Positions 8,673 to 17,961 of a stretch of DNA of 30,638 nucleotides are shown here, piece after piece. The stretch's first letter is position 1. Each line of letters starts with the position of its first letter. The notes beneath the pieces are model-generated. The model did no database searches. It was not told the DNA's origin and worked only from the letters and a program-made list of their open reading frames with translations. The stretch comes from an uncultured virus (IMG/VR IMGVR_UViG_3300024518_002726) (lineage: Duplodnaviria > Heunggongvirae > Uroviricota > Caudoviricetes > Crassvirales). Location: the IMG/VR virus record IMGVR_UViG_3300024518_002726; one strand, 5' to 3'. A program made the translations under genes and the position numbers.

Positions 8673-10020
8673 TACAACTACAGGTTGAGGTCGTAACAGC
8701 GACCGCTTCGCTCTCAGAATCTGTCATATTAGTAACCCAAAGATGATCATTGGGTCCTTCCACTTCTGGTACTCTACAATCACAAGGCTTACGGAAGATA
8801 CATCCTTCTCTTATAGTCTGAATTTCATCTTTGGGCGAAGTCACATGAATCATATAAGGGTATCTTACATTCGTCTGGAAAGCTGTAAGTTGACTTGCTG
8901 GTATAAACAGCACCAGAAAACGATCCCATCTCAAGAAGTCTCTAAACGTATAGAAAGGAATGGAGTCACCACATTTGTATACTTCAAGCTTAAAACTATA
9001 ACAGTCATCAGTAACGTTTGCGAAGTTATTGATTGTTATAGGGAACTTACAACCATCCCATGAAAGAGCAGGTTCACAAGTATCACCTTCAACCAACACC
9101 TCTCCTTCACCAAACAGATATACTTCCTGTATGGGTTCATCTTGAAGGAAAACAATATCACGAAGGATAATGGGATTAGATGCAAGGCTTTCTGCTAGAG
9201 ATATAAAGTTAGTACCACCTGCTGTGAGATCTGAAGACAGAACCATGCTATCTAGCTTGATCTCAACTTCAGTAGATACATGCCCGTCTGATCCTTCAGA
9301 AAACAGAAGAATTGTTTCATTGCCAGCGTGATCGTGATAATACTTATAACTAGTAGCATTACCACGGTAGAGAGTGAGACCATCAACAGTCTGAAGTACA
9401 GCGTTCTTAAAGTCTTTATGTGTTGGATTTGTCCATGTAATCGTTGTGTCTTCATTATCTCCTGCGGGTACAGCACTTACAAAGGTAGGTGCAGGAAGAA
9501 GAAGTGAATCAACACCTCTAGACTCTCTTGTTACTATATAAGCTGTATCAATCACATGACTCCCGGCAGCAGGATCTTCATACATGATGTCTAACTTATA
9601 GAACCCTCCATGATATAGGGAAAAGTCCGAGATATCAACTGTAGCTGCCTTTGCATTTCCACCATCAATAGTAGTGGACGATGCGATCTCTCTCCCATCT
9701 TTATTCCATCGAACTTTGACATACGAGTCATCTGTAAGATCAATTAGAGAGGTCACAGCGATTTGCTTCCTCTCTCCCCTACTAATATAGTGGAATTGTG
9801 GATTTGACGACACAGAGAGCGTGTCTATGGCCTCCATGACCACGAGACGGTTCGTCCTAGCGTTGTGTCTTCGTAAATATTCCAACATCTCTTCGAGAAA
9901 CTGACTCTGGAGATCTGTGATGGAAGAAAGTCCTTTTGAGACAAGTTTTCCAACAGCCTCAGTCCTTCTATTTCCGAGAACAGAGAGTTTTGGAAGTAGG
10001 CTTATAGCTGCTCTACTCAT
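8665..10020 (-). CDS. Putative tail-associated protein with Ig-like/FN3-like beta-sandwich domains and Cys-rich C-terminus
   Basis: 451 aa. VRWNKDGREI...GGFYKL is Ig-like; PAPTFVSA..TTITWTNPT...LYRGNATSYKY is FN3-like. Many Cys in the last ~140 aa. Confidence 0.55.
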   Translation of the reverse strand: MSRAAISLLPKLSVLGNRRTEAVGKLVSKGLSSITDLQSQFLEEMLEYLRRHNARTNRLVVMEAIDTLSVSSNPQFHYISRGERKQIAVTSLIDLTDDSYVKVRWNKDGREIASSTTIDGGNAKAATVDISDFSLYHGGFYKLDIMYEDPAAGSHVIDTAYIVTRESRGVDSLLLPAPTFVSAVPAGDNEDTTITWTNPTHKDFKNAVLQTVDGLTLYRGNATSYKYYHDHAGNETILLFSEGSDGHVSTEVEIKLDSMVLSSDLTAGGTNFISLAESLASNPIILRDIVFLQDEPIQEVYLFGEGEVLVEGDTCEPALSWDGCKFPITINNFANVTDDCYSFKLEVYKCGDSIPFYTFRDFLRWDRFLVLFIPASQLTAFQTNVRYPYMIHVTSPKDEIQTIREGCIFRKPCDCRVPEVEGPNDHLWVTNMTDSESEAVAVTTSTCSCNA

Positions 10021-11150
10021 GACGATTCTATTGTAATATTCTGAGTTATACCAAAGACCGTAACAGTAGCTGAGTGTGGACCTGTTGTAAAGTATGGAGC
10101 GGTAATCCTTATACTACCTGATACAAGAGTTGCTACTGCACTAGCAGGAAAACTAGCGAGTATAACATCACCTATAACCAATGCTTTAGTACTTCTATAC
10201 CCTACATCAAATACAATCCCATCAGTACCACATTGCTCTACCTTAACAGGAGGATTTATAAACAAGAACTGAATACCTACTGCTTCCGGTTGTGAAATGG
10301 TAGGAACTAGAGGGGTAGTATCATCAACACAACAATCTGATTGTATAGCCATCTCGTCTGCCTGTTGTTCTTCTGCTATTGCTCGTTGAAGTACAAGATT
10401 GTATTCAGGAGTAGTTAGAGAATTATATTCACTTGTACCATAAACGGGACCACCGCCTGTAGCTGGAAAGGCAGGAGTAGTTCTCATAGCATAAAGGGAA
10501 TAATCTGTTTCATTAGGTGAAATCCCTGTCCAGTTTATCACCAGATCGTCCATCTGATCAGGAGTAGGATACGTAATTGTATCTCTAGCCTGTCTTACAT
10601 ATCTAAGATATTCTGCACGTATGAAGTGAACATCTATCTTTGGATTGGGATGAATCCATCCTCTGAGAGACATCTTAAACATAAAGTAATAGAGAGCAGC
10701 TTCCTCAAAGTTCTGGTTATCTGGTACAAGAGGATACCCTTTATCATCTACACATTGAATGCGATATTTAAGTAGAACACTACCTTCCTCAAAGGTAAAG
10801 GCAAGACATGTAGGTTCTATTCTATAAGCATATCTTCGTGAACCTTCTTCTATACCAACTACTTCTTGTTGAAAGTCATCTTCAGAATGACTAAGCCTAG
10901 CTCCTATACCATTATCCTCTATTTTCCATACCTCATCTAGCCTTGTCATATAGTCTGGATATGCAGCTTTGAAGCTGGACACAGCCACATTAGCCTGTCC
11001 GGGTAATTGAAATTGATGTGCCCCAATTTGACGTAGAAGATCTCCTACCCATTCAACCGCACTAAGCTCCCAGTTTGCATCTCTGATATCAAGGTCCCTG
11101 TAAACCTTAGAAATAACAGCTTGGGATGAGACAAACTTATATACTGCCAT
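10017..11150 (-). CDS. Ring / tail tubular protein (P22 gp4-like, crAss ring 1 type) with C-terminal extension
   Basis: YKFVSSQAVISKVYRDL...AVEWVGDLLRQIG and DDKGYPLVPDNQNFEEAALYY are recognisable crAss ring-protein motifs; follows the IHF-like gene. Confidence 0.75.
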   Translation of the reverse strand: MAVYKFVSSQAVISKVYRDLDIRDANWELSAVEWVGDLLRQIGAHQFQLPGQANVAVSSFKAAYPDYMTRLDEVWKIEDNGIGARLSHSEDDFQQEVVGIEEGSRRYAYRIEPTCLAFTFEEGSVLLKYRIQCVDDKGYPLVPDNQNFEEAALYYFMFKMSLRGWIHPNPKIDVHFIRAEYLRYVRQARDTITYPTPDQMDDLVINWTGISPNETDYSLYAMRTTPAFPATGGGPVYGTSEYNSLTTPEYNLVLQRAIAEEQQADEMAIQSDCCVDDTTPLVPTISQPEAVGIQFLFINPPVKVEQCGTDGIVFDVGYRSTKALVIGDVILASFPASAVATLVSGSIRITAPYFTTGPHSATVTVFGITQNITIESS

Positions 11151-11151
11151 C

Positions 11152-11637
11152 TCAATCTACCTTATCGTATCTGGTGTGGGCAAGGGGATTACTCCGAAGG
11201 AATGCCTTAAGTCTAGTTTTATTACCCGCCTCACCTCTGGTAGCGTTGAACCTATATACACCCTTGTTAGGCAATCTACATCTGGACTTGTGCCAGTAAA
11301 AGTGAATAAATGTGTCGAAGGTGTAATAGACCAACCACTTATGTCCTGTAGGATTCTGCTCCGAATATAAGGGTTTCCCTTCTCCTTGAAGCTTTTTCTT
11401 AAGTTTGATTGACTCTCCCCAATCAATTCGTTGTCTCTCATAATCCAGTTCAGATTTGACTACTTGAATAGTTGCAAGATTACATCCCATGTTCAAGGTT
11501 CTACCATCTTGGATTATCTCATCCATCGCAGCAGAGTTGAACCTTACGCATACTTCACGGAAAAGCTTATGTGAGAGAGTACCCCCATTTTGAGTATAGA
11601 AATTGAATATGTCTTTAAATATATAGTTAGCTACCAT
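11152..11637 (-). CDS. IHF/HU-like protein of the crAss tail module
   Basis: FREVCVRFNSAAMDEII..G..LNMGCNLATIQV...IDWGES...FYWHKSRCRLPNKGVYRFNATR. Start placed at MVANY (11637) to shorten the overlap; the ORF track gives 11658. Confidence 0.7.
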   Translation of the reverse strand: MVANYIFKDIFNFYTQNGGTLSHKLFREVCVRFNSAAMDEIIQDGRTLNMGCNLATIQVVKSELDYERQRIDWGESIKLKKKLQGEGKPLYSEQNPTGHKWLVYYTFDTFIHFYWHKSRCRLPNKGVYRFNATRGEAGNKTRLKAFLRSNPLAHTRYDKVD

Positions 11638-12328
11638 CTTTTGCATCAGGAACTGCAACGAGTTCAGTATCTGCTGGTTGATCTACCATTAGCTTCATCT
11701 CACCATTAAGTAGACTCTGAGTTATCCTCTGAATCATATCCGAAGATATAGGATACTCTGAGTTCTCAGTATAGCCTGTTATTAGAAGAGGGTCTTCAAA
11801 GACCCCCCGCATAACAGCAGCGGAAAGAGGAAAACAGTCACTATCTACGTTATTTTCTATAGCAGTGACTCCGGGATCGTTTGTTATATACAAATATGTG
11901 TTTAGAACATAAGCTCTACGTCCATTTGACGTATATCTATCATATTCCGTATGTCTCGTCTGATAGAATCTACTAAGAGGTATAGAATTACGATTAGCTG
12001 TACCTACCCATGATAGATCATAGCCATTTTTTATTCTTACCGTTCTTGGGACAGTGAGGGTACTCTTAAGAATTAGATTGAATAGATCACAGAGTTCTAT
12101 TGCGTTATTATCCTCAGAGGTGCTTACTATTGTAAGAGGTGTCTCAAACTCCTGTTCAAACTGCTGTAAATCTATAAGACTTGCTTCTGCATCTCGTCGT
12201 AAAAGAAGTGCTCTGTAATACCTGACGTTGAATTGTATGTTTCTAAGAGAGTAGTATTCACTATTCGTTCCCCTACCACCCTCCATAATATTGAGGATGT
12301 TGTAGGATATCTCCTTGAGAGTAGGCAT
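11627..12328 (-). CDS. Ring protein (crAss tail)
   Basis: 233 aa: TLKEISYNIL...IQFNVRYYRALLLRRD...YLYI...RGVFEDP...EYPISSDM; syntenic with a crAss ring gene upstream of the IHF-like gene. Confidence 0.7.
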   Translation of the reverse strand: MPTLKEISYNILNIMEGGRGTNSEYYSLRNIQFNVRYYRALLLRRDAEASLIDLQQFEQEFETPLTIVSTSEDNNAIELCDLFNLILKSTLTVPRTVRIKNGYDLSWVGTANRNSIPLSRFYQTRHTEYDRYTSNGRRAYVLNTYLYITNDPGVTAIENNVDSDCFPLSAAVMRGVFEDPLLITGYTENSEYPISSDMIQRITQSLLNGEMKLMVDQPADTELVAVPDAKDGS

Positions 12329-12888
12329 TATCTTCTCACTAAAGGGAGCGTTATATCGACAAAGTAAACAGGTTTGGTTGCAGGAAACATCCCAAACCCA
12401 AACGTTTTATCTCCTCTGGTTTTGAACTGAGCTTTGGGTCCTATGTAAAACTCTCCTACACCAAAAACAGAAGCTACACCTAGATTCAAACTCCACTCCC
12501 TTAGAATCTGCTTGGTGTGAATCTTGGTCTCTATTATCACCGAGTCCTTTACTACAGGTATGGTCAGACTATATCGAAATCCCCAATCTACAAGGACACC
12601 TTGAACTGTAGCAGTAAGTTCGCCATCAAGTAGAGAGTCTTCAAAGGCTCTGGTATATCTATTAACTAGAACGGTATCTGAAGGGAGATATAACGTATCT
12701 ACTACAGGAAAAGGAACTGGAATTGGAACCTCTCTGGGGGGAGTCTTTAACCACAACGTATCAGTTACCCACGTTGTATCTCTATCAATTGTTGTAACAG
12801 TCTCAATCTGGGGCTTATCAAAAAGGTATAGAAGAAGGAACGTAAGAGCAAGAGCACCAAGAAGGATTGGCAGAAAAGAGTTTTTCAT
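12328..12888 (-). CDS. Membrane-anchored putative spanin-like lysis protein (Bacteroidota phage type)
   Basis: N-terminal TM helix, repeated DT(T/L/V) beta motifs, Pro-rich linker and C-terminal WSLNLGV..FYIGP beta hairpins. Confidence 0.5.
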   Translation of the reverse strand: MKNSFLPILLGALALTFLLLYLFDKPQIETVTTIDRDTTWVTDTLWLKTPPREVPIPVPFPVVDTLYLPSDTVLVNRYTRAFEDSLLDGELTATVQGVLVDWGFRYSLTIPVVKDSVIIETKIHTKQILREWSLNLGVASVFGVGEFYIGPKAQFKTRGDKTFGFGMFPATKPVYFVDITLPLVRR

Positions 12889-13430
12889 TGACAGGTACCA
12901 TCACTACCTTGAAATCCAATTCCTAGCTTGTGTAAACAGAAGTCACATGTGCCAAACCTTCTATATAGTAGAGTAAACAGGGTTCCTTTCTCTACTTCAG
13001 CATAATGGGGTTGTTCAGCAGCTATCTTGCCGTAACCTCCTCCATTTATAATATGAGTCTTCCCATTCACCTTCACATTTACATTTCCTTTAGCTACAGT
13101 TATAATTTCACAGGCATCAGGATGTATATGCCAATCATAAACATGATCCTCAGTTGCAAGGAAGATTGCTACTCTTACACCTTCTTCAAAATCTTCTAAT
13201 ATCTTCTTTATTCTTACATTTTCAAATTTAGGATCTGTATGCCATCCACCATCATCTGGAACATCCCAAGTCCATCTCTTCTCACCATATAAATGAAAAG
13301 CAAGACCGTTAAACATGAGGGCAGACAAGGCATTTTGTATCTGATTAAAAACCAGATCATTATGCTGTCTTATCTCCTTCCTTTCCTTTACCGAGTCCAT
13401 CAACGAGACCAAGGGTTTTAAGAATACCAT
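12885..13430 (-). CDS. Cupin-domain protein (start may be 13400)
   Basis: WHIHPDACEIITVAKGNVNVKVNGKTHII..G....IAAEQPH matches cupin motifs 1 and 2, with His-His-Glu-His ligands. Confidence 0.8.
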   Translation of the reverse strand: MVFLKPLVSLMDSVKERKEIRQHNDLVFNQIQNALSALMFNGLAFHLYGEKRWTWDVPDDGGWHTDPKFENVRIKKILEDFEEGVRVAIFLATEDHVYDWHIHPDACEIITVAKGNVNVKVNGKTHIINGGGYGKIAAEQPHYAEVEKGTLFTLLYRRFGTCDFCLHKLGIGFQGSDGTCQ

Positions 13431-13761
13431 CTCTAATCTCTGTTAATATCGTTTCCTGAGCTTCTCGCTGCTTCTCTGCACTTTTACGATAAACTTCTGT
13501 CTCTGCATGATGAGTAATAGATAGCCTTCTATCATTTTCATCATTTTTTATATAATCCTGTACTTTAGTTAAGAGATTAACGTTATCATGTAATCTCTTA
13601 GCATCCTTTCTACCATCCTTATATAAGTATCTTACAACAAAACTCAGTACTATAACAATACCAATGAGTCCTGTTATAAGAACATATAGGACAGGATCAC
13701 TTCTGAATCCTTCAGTACTAGGAACGTCCTGAAGAAGAAGTGATATGGGCAGACTTATCAT
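13360..13761 (-). CDS. Single-TM membrane protein, holin-like
   Basis: TM segment VLYVLITGLIGIVIVLSFVVRYLY followed by a charged, coiled-coil-like tail; first gene after a terminator and upstream of the spanin-like gene. Confidence 0.5.
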   Translation of the reverse strand: MISLPISLLLQDVPSTEGFRSDPVLYVLITGLIGIVIVLSFVVRYLYKDGRKDAKRLHDNVNLLTKVQDYIKNDENDRRLSITHHAETEVYRKSAEKQREAQETILTEIRDGILKTLGLVDGLGKGKEGDKTA

Positions 13762-13808
13762 GCTGCTAACCCGGTTGAGGGGAGGGCGCGACCCCGGATG
13801 ATGAGTAG

Positions 13809-13840
13809 AAAAGGGAAGAGGGTTGGCTCTTCCCCTTTCC
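13809..13840 (-). terminator. Rho-independent terminator after the fibre-like gene
   Basis: Minus strand AAAGGGGAAGAG-CCAACC-CTCTTCCCTTTT, immediately after the stop at 13844. Confidence 0.7.
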
Positions 13841-13843
13841 GGC

Positions 13844-14671
13844 TTACGCAGCTTTTACGTCAGCAGCACTGACCATTCCATACATATTTGTTCCGTCAGA
13901 AAAGAACATCAGGAGATCTCCTTCATCAGTACCTGAAATAGTAGGAGCAGAACCTCCTATCCATTTAAAGTTGGAACTAAAGAGGAGAGTTGCACCAGCA
14001 CCAGCAAAAGTTACATGAAGGAAGTATAGTCCACCATCTGCCTGATTGGTTGGTGCTGCAAGTTGTCTGGTTACACCACTGGGAATAGCAATTCTTAAGT
14101 TACTATAAGTATCAACATCCCAAGCTACATCTGGTACCAACTTGACAGAAAAGTCATCTACATCTCCATCCCAGTTTACATCTGCTCTAAGATCAAGATC
14201 AGCGCCAGAACCAGCCAGTATATACTGCGTATAGGTTGTGTTTCCTGCACGATCAGTACCTTCAGTACCACCTACAACAACAGTGAGATTTCCAGCAGTT
14301 CGGTTAGCTGTCTTAAAGGAAGTAAGATATAGTGCATTCTCAACTAGAGCTACAGCAGGAGTCTGAGTTAAATCTGAATCTCCAACTTGACTTGCATCTG
14401 AATCAGCAACACCTGCTGCAATAGTCCAACCTGTTCCTTTGGTAAAACCAGTATCTGCTGCAAAATCACCACCAGCAATCATCTCTGCACCAACAGCAAC
14501 TAGAGTCGCTACTTGCGTAGGCTGTCGTTCTCTTAGAACTTCAAGAACAGCAGCTTCTACATCCAATGCTGAAATACCTGAACCACTGGGGGGTTCAAAG
14601 CGGATCTCATCTGCAATCTCTACAAGCTTATCCTGCCCTGTCCTTAGACCGTATACTCGTATCTTCGCCAT
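13844..14671 (-). CDS. Fibre-like structural protein (jelly-roll/CBM-like domain plus fibre-type C-terminal domain)
   Basis: Gly/Ala/Thr/Asp-rich. N-terminal DVEAAVLEV, then GGDFAADTGFTKGTGWTI, and C-terminal APTNQADGGLYFLHV...FKWIGGSAPTIS...DLLMFFSDGTNMYG, a pattern common at phage fibre ends. Confidence 0.6.
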   Translation of the reverse strand: MAKIRVYGLRTGQDKLVEIADEIRFEPPSGSGISALDVEAAVLEVLRERQPTQVATLVAVGAEMIAGGDFAADTGFTKGTGWTIAAGVADSDASQVGDSDLTQTPAVALVENALYLTSFKTANRTAGNLTVVVGGTEGTDRAGNTTYTQYILAGSGADLDLRADVNWDGDVDDFSVKLVPDVAWDVDTYSNLRIAIPSGVTRQLAAPTNQADGGLYFLHVTFAGAGATLLFSSNFKWIGGSAPTISGTDEGDLLMFFSDGTNMYGMVSAADVKAA

Positions 14672-14692
14672 TTTATTTACCTTTGGTTATAG

Positions 14693-14730
14693 AAAAAAAG
14701 GGAAGGGAAGCTACACCACCCCTCCCTTTT
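14693..14730 (-). terminator. Rho-independent terminator after the auxiliary capsid gene
   Basis: Minus strand AAAAGGGAGGGG-(11 nt loop)-CCCTTCCC-TTTTTTT. Confidence 0.75.
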
Positions 14731-14752
14731 AATCTTTTGCTAAAAAATCCTA

Positions 14753-15658
14753 CTAAACTGTAGTGAGTATAGCAGCGAAGAAATCCTCAAACTCCGATTC
14801 ATTCGTTATATCAGCATCTATAGCCAGTATAATCTCCTGATGACCAAAGCTACGGTTGATCGACTCATCGAAGTTGTTCTGATACTCGATGGTGTACATA
14901 GCATAGAGTTCACCAGAAACAGCGAATGTTCGGGGCGGGAACGTGAAGCTATCTCCCGGTCTTGGACCAAGGATCTGATCATTCACATAGTACTCTGCAA
15001 CAGTACCTTTAACATTCTTCTCAAGCTCAAGAACTTGAGCGTAGGTACCACTACCTCCATCTGGACTAGCTGTAAGGACCTCCGTAGAACCTATGAACAG
15101 ATCATCCAAAGCTACATCGAAAGGTTCACCCGTAGCAATTGCGGTGAGAATCAACGTAGTCGTACCCGTACCATTAACAATACGACTTGCATCAGCATTG
15201 ATAACAGCACGAATATCATCTAGATCCAGAGTACCACCCGCAGCATATCGGAAGTCATATGACTTCAGCTTATGGGGATATTCTTGTTGATGAGCAGTAT
15301 GACCAATTCGGATGGTATACACACCACCAGCCGTAGGAACAGCGGGTACACTAGAAATGGTCGTTACCTGAGCAGCGGCTGCCCGGTATGCCCGTTTCAG
15401 AACTCGCTTAATACGACTCACTTGAAGTTCGGTCGTAACTACGGGTAGTTCCCCGCTAGCTACACCCCGAACAAGTTGAAGGACGTTGTAGTCTGCAACT
15501 ACAGGTGAACCCGAAGAGATATCTATCTCACCGGGAGCGGAGGGATAACCAACATCGAAAATGGCTATCGTAGCATCTGTTACCGATGCGGGGTCAGTAG
15601 CAGAACCATTCGAAATTGCCCCTGCCGTTTGCACTAAAACTTGCGTAAGAGCTTGCAT
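14753..15658 (-). CDS. Auxiliary capsid (decoration) protein
   Basis: 301 aa, Ala/Thr/Val-rich; YRAAAAQVTTI and GSGTYAQVLELEK motifs; position after two ring genes as in crAss-like phages; followed by a terminator. Confidence 0.65.
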   Translation of the reverse strand: MQALTQVLVQTAGAISNGSATDPASVTDATIAIFDVGYPSAPGEIDISSGSPVVADYNVLQLVRGVASGELPVVTTELQVSRIKRVLKRAYRAAAAQVTTISSVPAVPTAGGVYTIRIGHTAHQQEYPHKLKSYDFRYAAGGTLDLDDIRAVINADASRIVNGTGTTTLILTAIATGEPFDVALDDLFIGSTEVLTASPDGGSGTYAQVLELEKNVKGTVAEYYVNDQILGPRPGDSFTFPPRTFAVSGELYAMYTIEYQNNFDESINRSFGHQEIILAIDADITNESEFEDFFAAILTTV

Positions 15659-15670
15659 AATAGGTTAAGG

Positions 15671-16372
15671 TTAGGTTACGCTTGTTAGCTCGGTCAGGTT
15701 CTGCTTGTCTTCGACTTCTTTGTTTTTGTCGAGAAACATTGTAACTGCCAAGTCAACAATATCTTGATGAACAAAATTGGGAAGATCACTATTCCCACTT
15801 TCCGAAATCTCTGTAGGTTCCTTAATGTAGTTGATCTCTATATCAGTGACAACAAAAACATCACTAGTAAATACGTGGAGATCACCACCAGCAAGGTCTA
15901 CCAGAGGATCAGCTTTTATTGGAGTATTAAAGGGATCATCTAAAAGTCTATAGATATCATCACTTTGAATCTGTCTATTTAAGACCTTAGTAGCTGTCCC
16001 TGTTCCAGTCCTTTGTACTCCTGCGGTTTGTGCAGGATTAGCTGTATCTTTCACAATAGATCTACTTGAAATCAAAAACAAGTAGTCATTAGGAAGAACA
16101 ACTTTATCTGCATGTACACTAGCCTGTATAACTCCGACATAGACCGTGGGAATATTATAATTCTTAATTTGTAACGGTCGGAGAAAGTCTGTCATCATCT
16201 GACTCTGATCAAAACCCTTACCTGTAGGGTTCAAACCAGAGAACCAATCTGCTATCAGCTTTTCCTGACCTTTGTTCAGGAAGTAAAAGATATCCTCAGA
16301 ATCAACACTTGCTCTTTTACCATAGAGCGTAAGCTCGGTAACAAAAGCATCCTGCATTTCAACTGCTGTCAT
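15671..16372 (-). CDS. Ring / head-tail connector protein
   Basis: MTAVEMQDAF..SEDIFYFLNKGQ...LPNDYLFL...INYIKEP...LPNFVHQDIVDLAV; paralogue of the next gene. Confidence 0.75.
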   Translation of the reverse strand: MTAVEMQDAFVTELTLYGKRASVDSEDIFYFLNKGQEKLIADWFSGLNPTGKGFDQSQMMTDFLRPLQIKNYNIPTVYVGVIQASVHADKVVLPNDYLFLISSRSIVKDTANPAQTAGVQRTGTGTATKVLNRQIQSDDIYRLLDDPFNTPIKADPLVDLAGGDLHVFTSDVFVVTDIEINYIKEPTEISESGNSDLPNFVHQDIVDLAVTMFLDKNKEVEDKQNLTELTSVT

Positions 16373-16373
16373 C

Positions 16374-17015
16374 TTAGCTAGCTTTAGCTCTACCTTGCAT
16401 CAAATCTTCAATCATCAAGCTGACAGACATATCAACTATTTCTTGATGAGTGTGATCTGGCAAGTTACAATCTACATTGTTTCCGGGAGTATCATCATCT
16501 CTCAATATAACATCAGGAGCCTTTACGTAGATTATCCTGAGTTTGGTGAGATCTGACATTTCCCTGTCCTTTATAACTGTAAACACACCACTGGATAGAA
16601 GAACAGGAACCTCTCTGAATATCGGCTTATTCTTATAGGTAGGTAGATAGCTCTGCCAATCTATAGGACTCTTAACTGAGCATCTAAACCAGTTTGCATC
16701 ATCATATGCAATTGCAGATAGAAAGATGTAGTAGTCAGCAGGTACAGCCCCTGTAAAACTATTAGGATAAATACCGTGTGGACTCAGAGCAGGCGTATCA
16801 GTATCCTTTACTAGCGTCCACAAGTTCTCATTAGCTATCTTTACTGCATTGTTATCATCTGAATCTCTAAGTATGGCTACAAGAGCCTTTATATACTTAG
16901 TTACAGAGTCATTCAGATAGACATCTATCTCTTCACTCTGAAAGTCATCAAAGGCATTAGAACCTATCCTCTGCAAGCCTAGATTGAGGGCTATGTGCAT
17001 TTCAACTACTGTCAT
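16374..17015 (-). CDS. Ring / head-tail connector protein
   Basis: MTVVEMHIAL..SEEIDVYLN...VPADYYIFL...IYVKAP...CNLPDHTHQEIVDMSV; crAss ring family. Confidence 0.75.
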   Translation of the reverse strand: MTVVEMHIALNLGLQRIGSNAFDDFQSEEIDVYLNDSVTKYIKALVAILRDSDDNNAVKIANENLWTLVKDTDTPALSPHGIYPNSFTGAVPADYYIFLSAIAYDDANWFRCSVKSPIDWQSYLPTYKNKPIFREVPVLLSSGVFTVIKDREMSDLTKLRIIYVKAPDVILRDDDTPGNNVDCNLPDHTHQEIVDMSVSLMIEDLMQGRAKAS

Positions 17016-17926
17016 ACGGCAACGCCTAAGTTACCCTGATCAATTCTAGTTGAACCTTCCATTACTACTTCTTCAGGTGGTTTATCAGGAAGGGTCTTAC
17101 GAGATTCGGAAAGCTTGGCCTTGAGAATATTAAGAGTCTCACTGTTGGAAGGATTCTTGATAAACAAGACAGCTTCCATCATAGTTGCACCAAGAATTGT
17201 ATCACCAAACAAGTAGTTAGTGCCTACTTTATTAATAACATTCTTCGCAACCATCTCCTCAATTATAGCCTTAACTTTAAGATCTTTATCTCCTACTACT
17301 TTCAAGAATGCTTCAGGCTCATTAGATACAACATCGCTAATTGCGTTGTCTACATCTACAGCAGTCATGAAGTCAGGATTAACTCCTCTCATTCTAAGGA
17401 CTCTACTGAGGATACCCAGTCCTACCTCTGTACCAGATAATTCAGCAAACTTAGTGTACGCCTCTTTTCGAAGACTCACACTAGCATGTTGCTTCATTTT
17501 CACTTTCTCAGGATCATGGACATAGAAATCTCTTCCTTCCGATCTCATCTTCCCTTCACTCTCAGCAACCTTTGGATGAGAAGCAGCAAAACGATAGATA
17601 ACGTAATCTCTAACGTTTACAGGCTCTCCATCTGCTCGCAGACTTATATTAAGAATAGGACCTTCTTCATCTACCTTGATCTCAAATTCTCTCCAGAATC
17701 TATCAGCATTTCTACGCCAATCTTTAGACTCAGGGTCAATGTCATGAATTAGAGGTAGCCACTTCTTTTCTTCTTCTGGAGTTAGAGGCTTATACAGGAT
17801 ATTGTTCTTAAAAAGACTACTAATCTTAGTGACAGCATTAGCAGCAAGATCACTAGAGATCTGCCCCGTACCCGGAGCTTTTCTTCTCAAAGTAATCTCT
17901 TTACCCATTACAGATACGTTTTCCAT
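17012..17926 (-). CDS. Conserved crAss-like protein downstream of the MCP
   Basis: LTPEEEKKWLP...FWREFEIKV...PVNVRDYVIYRFA..HPKVA...NYLFGDTILG...EAVLFIKNP; syntenic. Confidence 0.7.
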   Translation of the reverse strand: MENVSVMGKEITLRRKAPGTGQISSDLAANAVTKISSLFKNNILYKPLTPEEEKKWLPLIHDIDPESKDWRRNADRFWREFEIKVDEEGPILNISLRADGEPVNVRDYVIYRFAASHPKVAESEGKMRSEGRDFYVHDPEKVKMKQHASVSLRKEAYTKFAELSGTEVGLGILSRVLRMRGVNPDFMTAVDVDNAISDVVSNEPEAFLKVVGDKDLKVKAIIEEMVAKNVINKVGTNYLFGDTILGATMMEAVLFIKNPSNSETLNILKAKLSESRKTLPDKPPEEVVMEGSTRIDQGNLGVAV

Positions 17927-17961
17927 TGTTCTAAGGGGGTTTTTATTATTCTGTGTGATGA

